Notes: generated by a model not told the origin, from the sequence alone. Shown: positions 8,648 to 15,462, counted from the first letter of the stretch. The stretch: DNA of 32,000 nt from Candidatus Iainarchaeum sp. (GCA_043808785.1 JAZDEL010000010.1:1-32000); one strand, 5' to 3'. Translations and numbers: made by a program.

Positions 8648-9730
8648 ATGGCAAGCTCTATTGAAATAAAGCCGTCCAACGCGCTGCCTTTCGCGTACAA
8701 TTACCTGCGCTGGCATTTCAATTACTACGTTATGAACAGGCCATTCCCCCTGATTGCGCAGTTCTATACCTCGCACATGTGCAATTTCAGGTGCGCGTTC
8801 TGCAACTTCTGGCGCAACCCGGGGAAAAAATACATCCCCCTGCAGCGCTACAAATCCCTCATCGACGAGCTCTCGCTCATGGGCACCTGCTTCGTGAACT
8901 TCACGGGCGGCGAGCCGCTGATACTGCCCGATATAATCGAGCGCGTGCGCTATACGAAAACGAAAATACCCTATATGCACATGGTCTCGAACGGCTCCCT
9001 GCTCACGCCCGAAATTGCCCGCTCCCTCGGTGAGGCGAAGATTGACGCTGTTTCGATAAGCGTAAACGCTTACGGGGAAGCATACGACAAACTCACGGGT
9101 TTCAAAGGCGCGTTCAAGCGCGCAGTGCGGGCGGTCGAGAACCTTAAGGCTTACTCCCCCGCGGTTTCCGCATCAATAAATTCCGTGATAACTCCCCATA
9201 ACGCGGACGAACTTTACAAACTCCACGCCCTTTCAAAGGAACTTGGCATCGACCACAAGTTCCAGGCAGTGAGCATACATCCCGAATTTGCGGGGCAGAA
9301 ATCAAAGGCACGTTACGATTTCAAAACATCGGAACTCGAAAAGGTGCGCAAATTCTGCACGGAAATGGCGCGCGAGAAAAACGTCCTGAACAGCAAATAT
9401 TACCTCCTTCAGGTTGCGGATTATTTTGCGGGCAACGCACGCTCCGGCATTTTCGCCGAGCGCTGCATAACCCCGAACTATTTCGTCGAATTCTGGGAGG
9501 ACGGCTCGTTCAGCCCCTGCCTCACGGGCACAGGCTGGGCGCGCAATTTCAGCATCCGCGGCAAAAGCCTGCGCTCCGTCCTTGAAAGCCGGGAATACCG
9601 CGGCCAGTGCCTCGCGCTCGAGCAGTGCAAAACCTGCTCCACGAACCTTCAGGTCTGCATAATGGAGCCGCGAATTTTCTTCCCGCTCGGCAACTTTATT
9701 AAATATACCGTGCTACCAAACCTTAGGTGA
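8648..9730 (+). CDS. radical SAM protein with SPASM-like C-terminal Cys domain
   Basis: CX3CX2C in HMCNFRCAFCNFW; GGEPL motif. The C-terminus has CX12GX4C (CITPNY...EDGSFSPC) followed by CX5CX2CX6C (CLALEQCKTCSTNLQVC). ATG 8648 is preferred over the ORF-track start at 8582. Confidence 0.85.
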   Translation: MASSIEIKPSNALPFAYNYLRWHFNYYVMNRPFPLIAQFYTSHMCNFRCAFCNFWRNPGKKYIPLQRYKSLIDELSLMGTCFVNFTGGEPLILPDIIERVRYTKTKIPYMHMVSNGSLLTPEIARSLGEAKIDAVSISVNAYGEAYDKLTGFKGAFKRAVRAVENLKAYSPAVSASINSVITPHNADELYKLHALSKELGIDHKFQAVSIHPEFAGQKSKARYDFKTSELEKVRKFCTEMAREKNVLNSKYYLLQVADYFAGNARSGIFAERCITPNYFVEFWEDGSFSPCLTGTGWARNFSIRGKSLRSVLESREYRGQCLALEQCKTCSTNLQVCIMEPRIFFPLGNFIKYTVLPNLR

Positions 9731-9734
9731 ACCT

Positions 9735-10481
9735 TTGCCGCAGGCGAACAGAAAGCTTTCAGTAAGCATAATTATCCCCACGCTTAACGAGGAGAAAAAC
9801 CTCCCCCTGCTTGTAAAGAGGATTCCCCGCGGCGTTGCATCGGAAATCATTGTTGTAGACGGCCACTCCTCGGACGGAACCGTTGCCGTGGCAAAAAAAC
9901 TCGGCCTTCGCACGGTCATGCAGGAAGGGAAAGGCCTCGGCAACGCATACCGCACGGGCGCAAAGGCAGCAAAGGGGGAACTGATCGTAATTCTGGATGC
10001 CGACGGCTCCCACATGCCCGAAGACATCCCGCTCCTGCTTAAAAAAGCGAACGAGGGTTTTGACCTGGTTGTCGGGAGCAGGCTCAAGGGCGGAGTGCAG
10101 AGCAAGGACATGACTTTTTTCCGCCTTTACGCAAACTACCTCATTGCATTCACAATGCGCCTGCTTTTTTCAGTCCCCCTGACCGACCCGTGGATGGGTT
10201 TCAGGGCGATAAACAGGAAAAAATTCCTCGCCCTCGCCACCTCGGCGCCCGGGCAGGAAGTCGACCTTGAGATAGAGATAAAGGCGAAAAAGAACGGCAT
10301 GCGCATTGCGGAAGTCGCAACATTCGAGCCGCAGCGCATACACGGCAGCAGCAAGTTCAATGTCTTCTTCGACGGCCTGCGCGCGGGCGTCCTCTTCGCC
10401 CGCGAGTTAATCCTGCCGCACGAATCCCACAGGGAGTCGTGGCTGCTCGAGTTCATCCACAGGGTTCAGATGCGCTTTTAG
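9735..10481 (+). CDS. GT2 glycosyltransferase, DPM1/polyprenyl-phosphate sugar synthase-like (soluble form)
   Basis: SVSIIIPTLNEEKNL; VVDGHSSDGT; ILDADGSH (DxD). The start is TTG, with AGGTGA 4 nt upstream. Confidence 0.85.
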   Translation: MPQANRKLSVSIIIPTLNEEKNLPLLVKRIPRGVASEIIVVDGHSSDGTVAVAKKLGLRTVMQEGKGLGNAYRTGAKAAKGELIVILDADGSHMPEDIPLLLKKANEGFDLVVGSRLKGGVQSKDMTFFRLYANYLIAFTMRLLFSVPLTDPWMGFRAINRKKFLALATSAPGQEVDLEIEIKAKKNGMRIAEVATFEPQRIHGSSKFNVFFDGLRAGVLFARELILPHESHRESWLLEFIHRVQMRF

Positions 10482-10501
10482 CGCGGGATTGCGTGTTCGG
10501 C

Positions 10502-11254
10502 ATGGACAGGACCAATTCCCAGAAGGAGTTCTTCGACAGGCAGTCAGCGGAATACGAAATGCTGTATGGGGATGAAAGCGAACTCGAGCGCGAGATTGTA
10601 GAGAAGCGCCGCACGCTCGTTAAATCCTCGCAGCCCGCGGGAATCGTGCTCGACCTCGGCACAGGCACGGGCACGCACCTCGGGGAAATTTCGGGGAAGG
10701 CGGATGCGGTAATCGCGCTCGACATCTCCCCGCAGATGATTGCACTTGCAAGCCGCAGGGCCGAGAATGAAAAACTGCGGAACGTTTCCCTCGTGATTGC
10801 GGACGCGCAGAGCCTGCCCTTCAAGGAGGGCGCGTTCGATGCCGTCTACTGCATAAACGCTTTTTACCATGTGCCCGACAGGGGCAGGGCGCTTTCGGAA
10901 ATGCGCAGGGTTATGCGCAGGGGCGCATTTGCCATTCTGGAGTTCTACAGCATACTGAACCCTATGGTGTTTGCAAGGGTTGTTGTGAATTACATTTCCG
11001 CAATTTCCTCAAAGCGCGGCTTTGTGTATGCGGAATTCCCCCCCGCGTTCCGTGCAACCCTTTCGCGGAACGGCTTCACGCTCGAGGGCGGCTCTTTCTC
11101 GGCGCTCTCCTATGTCGAAACAAGCGAAGCAGTGAGGCAGTGGCTGCCCGAATTTGCGTTCCGCATTCTCTCGGCATACAGGCGCATCAGCGAGCGCCAC
11201 ACCTTCCTGAGGCCGCCGAAGATGCGCTGCGCGGCGAAAATAAGCAAGCGCTGA
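10502..11254 (+). CDS. class I SAM-dependent methyltransferase
   Basis: VLDLGTGTGTHL (motif I); ALDISPQMI; FDAVYCINAFYHV. ATG 10502 is preferred. Confidence 0.85.
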   Translation: MDRTNSQKEFFDRQSAEYEMLYGDESELEREIVEKRRTLVKSSQPAGIVLDLGTGTGTHLGEISGKADAVIALDISPQMIALASRRAENEKLRNVSLVIADAQSLPFKEGAFDAVYCINAFYHVPDRGRALSEMRRVMRRGAFAILEFYSILNPMVFARVVVNYISAISSKRGFVYAEFPPAFRATLSRNGFTLEGGSFSALSYVETSEAVRQWLPEFAFRILSAYRRISERHTFLRPPKMRCAAKISKR

Positions 11255-11312
11255 CCGTTAAGCGCCGACTGCGCCTAAAATGCGCCGCGCCGCAAAAATA
11301 ACCGTGCGCCGA
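11222..11312 (+). repeat. echo of the methyltransferase 3' end (11222-11254 versus 11280-11312)
   Basis: ATGCGCTGCGCGGCGAAAATAAGCAAGCGCTGA versus ATGCGCCGCGCCGCAAAAATAACCGTGCGCCGA: 26 of 33 identical by my count, offset 58 nt. GCGCCGACTG also recurs at 11262 and 11306. Confidence 0.6.
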
Positions 11313-11333
11313 CTGTACTTCCCGTGTGCCAGC

Positions 11334-12026
11334 CTAATCAGAAACCCTGTATTTCAGCAGCGCCCAGAGGGCGCAGAACCCGTCCTTCCACCAGCGTATT
11401 TTCTTTCCCTCCGCAAACCCCCGCGGCCTGAAATCTATCGGCACCTCGATTATTTTCTCCCCCTTCTTCAGGATTTTCGCGGTAATTTCCGGCTCGAAAT
11501 CGAATGCGTTGGACCTGAGCCGCATGCCCGCCAACACTTCCCGCCTGAACGCCTTGTAGCCTGTTTCCATGTCGGTAATCCTTGTGCCGTAAATAATTGC
11601 GGTTACCGCGCTCAGCAGCTGGTTCCCCATCCTGTGCAGCGCTATCTCCTTCCCCCTGACCTTGCCGAGGGCGCGCGAGCCGTAAACAACGTTCGCCCTT
11701 CCCTTCACTATCGGCTCAAGCAGTTTCGGGATGAATTTCGGGTCGTATTCCAGGTCCGCGTCCTGTATGATTATTATTTCCCCCTTCGAATTCGCAATGC
11801 CTGTCCTGATTGCCGCTCCCTTTCCGCGGTTCTTTTCGTGCTTCACCAGTTTTATGCCCTTTATTTTTCCGAGCGTTTCCGCGCTGTTGTCCGTGCTGCC
11901 GTCGTCCACAACAATGATTTCCTTTTCAAGCCCCAGCCCGGCAAGGGAGACGCGCTTTACCGCGCCTATGGTTTCGCCTATTGTGCCCCCTTCGTTGTAA
12001 CTCGGTATTATTATACTTGCCTTCAT
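11334..12026 (-). CDS. GT2 glycosyltransferase (dolichyl/polyprenyl-phosphate hexosyltransferase-like)
   Basis: MKASIIIPSYNEGGTI; VVDDGSTDNS; IIIQDADLEYDP. ATG 12026 is preferred; the 31 codons upstream in the ORF track are unlikely to be translated. Confidence 0.88.
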   Translation of the reverse strand: MKASIIIPSYNEGGTIGETIGAVKRVSLAGLGLEKEIIVVDDGSTDNSAETLGKIKGIKLVKHEKNRGKGAAIRTGIANSKGEIIIIQDADLEYDPKFIPKLLEPIVKGRANVVYGSRALGKVRGKEIALHRMGNQLLSAVTAIIYGTRITDMETGYKAFRREVLAGMRLRSNAFDFEPEITAKILKKGEKIIEVPIDFRPRGFAEGKKIRWWKDGFCALWALLKYRVSD

Positions 12027-12065
12027 CCCATCCCGCCGCAGTGCAGAATAAGCACACCTAACACT

Positions 12066-12143
12066 GCACCCATACGAATAAAAGTTTATTCGCGCCCGCG
12101 GCACGCCCGCATGCGGCACCCAAACGCATAAAAGTTTATTCGC
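12066..12143 (+). promoter_or_regulatory. duplicated 28-nt palindrome-containing AT-rich box (12066-12093 and 12116-12143)
   Basis: GCACCCATACGAATAAAAGTTTATTCGC versus GCACCCAAACGCATAAAAGTTTATTCGC, 26 of 28 identical. The core of copy 1, CGAATAAA-AG-TTTATTCG, is an inverted repeat. The AT box of copy 2 ends about 21 nt before ATG 12157. Confidence 0.5.
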
Positions 12144-12156
12144 ACAGTATTATCGC

Positions 12157-13713
12157 ATGGCAATCTCAGGCTACTTGAAGTGCCTTATCGCCCTGGCGGC
12201 TATTGCCGCGATTTTCTACTCCCTCGCGCTCGACGGTTTTATCGAGGGCGGGGATTCTACAAAATATGCGGTAGGGGCGCTCGCGCTTGCGCAGGGAAAA
12301 GGGTACGCGGATATAAGCGTTCCCGTTCCCGCACCGTTCACATATTATCCGCCCCTCACTTCCCTCCTCATGGCGCCTTTCGCGTTTTTCGGCTATAATG
12401 CGCTTGCCCTGAAAATTCCCGCCCTGCTTGCCTCGGCACTTTCCGTCATTGTTGCGGGCATGCTCTTCCGCAGGTTTTTCGGGCCGAGGCTTTCGCTCAT
12501 GCTTGCCGCGGTTTTTGCATTCTGCCTGCCGGTTTTATGGTATTCCCACAAGGCGCTGAGCGACGCCCCGTTCGTGCTGCTCTCGCTCCTTGCGGTTTTC
12601 TTCGCAACGGAACACGTGCGGCTTAACTCTAGGCTCTCCGCTGCGCTTGCAGTTGTTTTTACCGCGCTCTCGTGCCTCACGCGCGTTGCAGGCCTTGCGC
12701 TAATCCCCGCGCTCCCGATTTTCCTTTCCCTGCGCGGCAGGCCCAAGGCAGGCATTGCGTTTTCCCTTGCAGCCCTGCTCCTTATTTCCCCATGGCTCAT
12801 ATATCCCGCGTTCTTCCCCGAAAGCGGCGAGCCGAGTTACCTCGGCCTGATGTTTGCGAAGAACATAGAGGAATATTCCTCGGGCTATGCCTCCGGCACG
12901 CTTTCCGTGCAGGAGGTTGCGGCAAGGTCTGTTTCTTTCGCGTCATTCTATCTTTTCTCCTCGATACCCGAAACCGTTTTCCCGCCGCTCGGCGCCGCGC
13001 GCTGGGTTTTCGGCGCAAACCCTCTTGCCGCACTGCCTATTGCCGCAGCGGGGATTGCGGTGTTTGCGGTTTTTGCAGCGGGAATGCTCTCCGCGCGCAG
13101 GGAGTCTGGCTTCGCGCGCATTTACCTGCTGATTTACCTTGCAGCGCTGTTTATTTACCCTTACATAGACACAAGCGCGGTGAACAGGTTCCTGCTCCCT
13201 GTGCTGCCCCTGCTCCTGCTCTTCTTTGCCGACGGCCTGCTCCTTGCCTCGTCCGTCTTCAGGGAAAAAACGGGAATATCGCCGAAAACATCATCCGCCC
13301 TGGTTTTTGCCGTAATCGCGCTAATGCTTTTCGCGGGTTTTTCCTCGTGCGTTTATTACCTCGCAACCCAGCACGAACGCAATTTCGACGGCCCGTACAC
13401 AAACCTGCTGCTCGCTTCGGAGTGGGTCAGGGAGAACGCCCCGCAGGGCGCACTGCTCTGGTCGCCCATGCCGCAGAGGGTTTTCCTGCTCACAGGCAGG
13501 CACACAATAAAGGAACCCGCGGAAACCGCGGATGAACTCCTTTCCGCGTGGAAACGCAGCAGGGTTTCATACGCGCTCCTCGTTGATTACTCTGACAGCG
13601 GCAGGACCGCTGCCGAGGCGGCAATTGCGCAGGGCTTTGCCGAGGCCGTATACTCCGCACCTGACGGAAAGACAAAAGTGCTGAAGGTCATTAATGGCGT
13701 TCCTGCGCCGTAA
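12157..13713 (+). CDS. polytopic membrane protein, GT-C fold (GT39/PMT_2-like) glycosyltransferase candidate
   Basis: More than 10 hydrophobic segments. First loop reads GGDSTKYAVGALALAQGKGY. The C-terminal domain is soluble. Divergent from a GT2 gene. Confidence 0.68.
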   Translation: MAISGYLKCLIALAAIAAIFYSLALDGFIEGGDSTKYAVGALALAQGKGYADISVPVPAPFTYYPPLTSLLMAPFAFFGYNALALKIPALLASALSVIVAGMLFRRFFGPRLSLMLAAVFAFCLPVLWYSHKALSDAPFVLLSLLAVFFATEHVRLNSRLSAALAVVFTALSCLTRVAGLALIPALPIFLSLRGRPKAGIAFSLAALLLISPWLIYPAFFPESGEPSYLGLMFAKNIEEYSSGYASGTLSVQEVAARSVSFASFYLFSSIPETVFPPLGAARWVFGANPLAALPIAAAGIAVFAVFAAGMLSARRESGFARIYLLIYLAALFIYPYIDTSAVNRFLLPVLPLLLLFFADGLLLASSVFREKTGISPKTSSALVFAVIALMLFAGFSSCVYYLATQHERNFDGPYTNLLLASEWVRENAPQGALLWSPMPQRVFLLTGRHTIKEPAETADELLSAWKRSRVSYALLVDYSDSGRTAAEAAIAQGFAEAVYSAPDGKTKVLKVINGVPAP

Positions 13714-13737
13714 CCGCGCAGCGGCGCGCGCAGTTAT

Positions 13738-13811
13738 TCCATAAACAGCCAGTGCATTCCCCGCACCCGCAGGCTGCAGTTGCAGAGTTCACTCCATAAA
13801 CAGCCAGTGCA
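13738..13811 (-). repeat. echo of the B12-radical-SAM 3' end (13738-13756 versus 13793-13811)
   Basis: TCCATAAACAGCCAGTGCA is repeated 19 of 19 with a 55-nt offset. On the minus strand both copies read HWLFME followed by a stop: TGA in the gene, TAA in the echo. Confidence 0.8.
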
Positions 13812-15180
13812 GCCCCCTTTTCATCACGAAATAGAAATGCTGCGGAGTCCTTATTTCGCGCAGCATCCCGAGCAGTATGTGCGGCCGCATGTAGAATTTC
13901 GACAGCCCTTTCTGCCTCAGCTGCCTCAGCCTTTCCTTGCTTATTCCCTTCGGCGAATACGTTGCGCGGAAAAGGAAGCAGTTCTTCCAGTCAACATCCC
14001 CTATCTCGCCGCTTGCCCTGAGCGTGTCGTAAATCTCCGTGCCCGGGAAAGGCTGGAGGCAGGAGAAATTTATGCGCTTCAGTTTAAGCCCGAGCACGAA
14101 ATTTATTGTTTCCTCTATTTCCTCCTCGGTTTCAGTCGGGAAGCCGAGCATCACAAACCCGATAACCCCCAAGCCGACGGAATCAATCAGTTCTATCTTC
14201 TCCCTTGTCTGTGCGGGAGTGAGCCTTTTTTTGACAAGTTTAAGTATGCGCTCCGAACCCGATTCTATTCCCACGGAAACCGAGTAAAGCCCCGAGCGCT
14301 TCATCAGCAGGAGCAGTTCCCTGTCAAGCGTGTCCAAACGCATGCCGTTCGGGCAGCACCAGCTTATCCCGAGGTTCTCCGAAATCAGGCGGTTGCAGAA
14401 CTCCTCCACAAAGCGCCTGCTCATCGTGAAATTGTCGTCCTCTATATGTATTTCATTTATGCCGTACCTGTTGTGCAGGAGCTTTATTTCCTCTATCACG
14501 GAATCCACGCCGCGCACCCTTATCATTCTCCCCGAAACAACATGCCCGGCGCAGAACGTGCACTGGTAAGGGCAGCCGCGCGTAACAATTATCGGCGCAG
14601 TGGGGTACTGCCTGAAGAACGAGCCGTGCGGCGCCTGCGGGTATGTGCCTGGCCTGAGCAAGTCCCATGAGGGCGTGCCCAGTTCGTCGAGGTTCTTGAC
14701 AAATTTCCTTTCGTTCACAACAACGCGTTCCCCGTCCCTCCATATGAGGGATGGCACTTTTGCAAGTTTGGCTTTGCCTTTTTCGCCTTTCTCAAGCAAA
14801 TCAAGCAGCGCAGGGAACCCGATTTCGCTCTCCCCCGCAAATGCGAAATCTATTTCGGGAATTTCGCGCATTGTTTCTTCGGGCATCGCGGAAGGGTGCG
14901 GCCCGCCGACAACAACGGTTACGTGCGGGAACCTTTCCTTTATTCCCCTTGCGGTTTCCATTATGCCGCCGTAGTTCATTGTGAAGAACTGCATGCCGAC
15001 CACATCTATGCCCTGCGCGCCGATTTTCTCGAGCAGCTGCTCCGTGCCGATGTTTTCCTTTATGCAGTCAAGTATGCCGACGCTGTGCCTGCCCCTTATT
15101 GCCGTGGCTATGTAACCCAGCCCTATGGGGGGCATTGTTTCGTCCGCTGTGCTTTTGAGCTTTACAAGAAGCACTTTCAA
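13789..15180 (-). CDS. B12-binding-domain radical SAM protein (class B type)
   Basis: The N-terminal Rossmann-like domain (PPIGLGYIAT..., VVVGGPHPS) is followed by IIVTRGCPYQCTFCAG (CX3CX2C) and a TIM-barrel-like region. The start is TTG, with GAGGG 7 nt upstream. Confidence 0.88.
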   Translation of the reverse strand: MKVLLVKLKSTADETMPPIGLGYIATAIRGRHSVGILDCIKENIGTEQLLEKIGAQGIDVVGMQFFTMNYGGIMETARGIKERFPHVTVVVGGPHPSAMPEETMREIPEIDFAFAGESEIGFPALLDLLEKGEKGKAKLAKVPSLIWRDGERVVVNERKFVKNLDELGTPSWDLLRPGTYPQAPHGSFFRQYPTAPIIVTRGCPYQCTFCAGHVVSGRMIRVRGVDSVIEEIKLLHNRYGINEIHIEDDNFTMSRRFVEEFCNRLISENLGISWCCPNGMRLDTLDRELLLLMKRSGLYSVSVGIESGSERILKLVKKRLTPAQTREKIELIDSVGLGVIGFVMLGFPTETEEEIEETINFVLGLKLKRINFSCLQPFPGTEIYDTLRASGEIGDVDWKNCFLFRATYSPKGISKERLRQLRQKGLSKFYMRPHILLGMLREIRTPQHFYFVMKRGLHWLFME

Positions 15181-15218
15181 GCTATCGCCCTCATCCCACT
15201 TGCAAACTAATTCCCGCT

Positions 15219-15241
15219 GCGCTATCTATTTTAATTGTTTC
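15219..15241 (+). promoter_or_regulatory. 23-nt promoter-like box, copy 1 (GCGCTATCTATTTTAATTGTTTC)
   Basis: Identical to copy 3. Contains TATTTTAA (15227-15234). ATG 15261 follows the box by 19 nt. Confidence 0.55.
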
Positions 15242-15267
15242 TGCGCGCTTGCGATCGCGCATGCCGC

Positions 15268-15340
15268 GTGCTGCCTCGCTATTTTGCCTGCGGGCAAAAT
15301 GCGCGCATTCGGGCTTCTGCCCGAATAGCGTCGGCAGCAC
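15268..15340 (+). ncRNA. candidate structured element: closing 8-bp stem plus two twin 11-bp hairpins (Y shape)
   Basis: GTGCTGCC (15268-15275) pairs with GGCAGCAC (15333-15340). The hairpins are at 15277-15303 (loop TGCG) and 15304-15330 (loop TTCT), each with one bulged base. In total 60 of 73 nt are paired. Confidence 0.4.
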
Positions 15341-15364
15341 TAGCCTACCCGCGCTTTCTGCCTT

Positions 15365-15387
15365 GCGCCACCTATTTTAATTGTTTC
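15365..15387 (+). promoter_or_regulatory. 23-nt promoter-like box, copy 2 (GCGCCACCTATTTTAATTGTTTC)
   Basis: 21 of 23 identical to copies 1 and 3. Immediately followed by TGGTACAAAA. Confidence 0.5.
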
Positions 15388-15397
15388 TGGTACAAAA
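15388..15397 (+). promoter_or_regulatory. TGGTACAAAA motif, copy b
   Basis: Directly abuts promoter-like box copy 2. Confidence 0.35.
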
Positions 15398-15422
15398 CCC
15401 GCAACCTTATGCAGTGCCTGCC

Positions 15423-15445
15423 GCGCTATCTATTTTAATTGTTTC
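15423..15445 (+). promoter_or_regulatory. 23-nt promoter-like box, copy 3: likely promoter of the dehydrogenase operon
   Basis: TATTTTAA (15431-15438) ends 24 nt before ATG 15463, and no SD lies between. Confidence 0.6.
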
Positions 15446-15462
15446 CATGGAGCATTCTTTGC

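Noticed and set aside
8648-9730. Radical SAM/SPASM protein as an anaerobic sulfatase-maturating enzyme for the AP-superfamily protein at 30349-31716
   Set aside because: The AP-family protein looks NPP/phosphodiesterase-like, with a Ser/Thr nucleophile segment and no C/S-x-P-x-R formylglycine motif. The two genes are 20 kb apart in different transcription units.
11280-12131. 283-aa + strand ORF
   Set aside because: It is antisense to a textbook GT2 gene. Its ATG is created by the degenerate echo of the upstream methyltransferase 3' end.
13780-14670. 296-aa + strand ORF
   Set aside because: It is antisense to the B12 radical SAM gene, which has unambiguous CX3CX2C and B12-domain motifs. The translation is Pro/Arg/His-rich.
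15242-15360. Cobalamin riboswitch next to the B12-dependent radical SAM gene
   Set aside because: The element is on the opposite strand from the rSAM mRNA, is only about 73-100 nt long, and I see no B12-box-like consensus. Its architecture (two twin hairpins) does not match.
15242-15364. MITE inserted between promoter copies 1 and 2, with the 23-nt boxes as target-site duplications
   Set aside because: A 23-nt TSD would be unusually long, and I could not find terminal inverted repeats at the ends of the 123-nt spacer. This is not excluded; a genome-wide copy search would settle it.
15219-15445. Possible mini-CRISPR array (three 23-nt direct repeats)
   Set aside because: There are only three copies with unequal spacers (123 and 35 nt). 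The repeats are AT-box-like and positioned as promoters. No cas genes are present.
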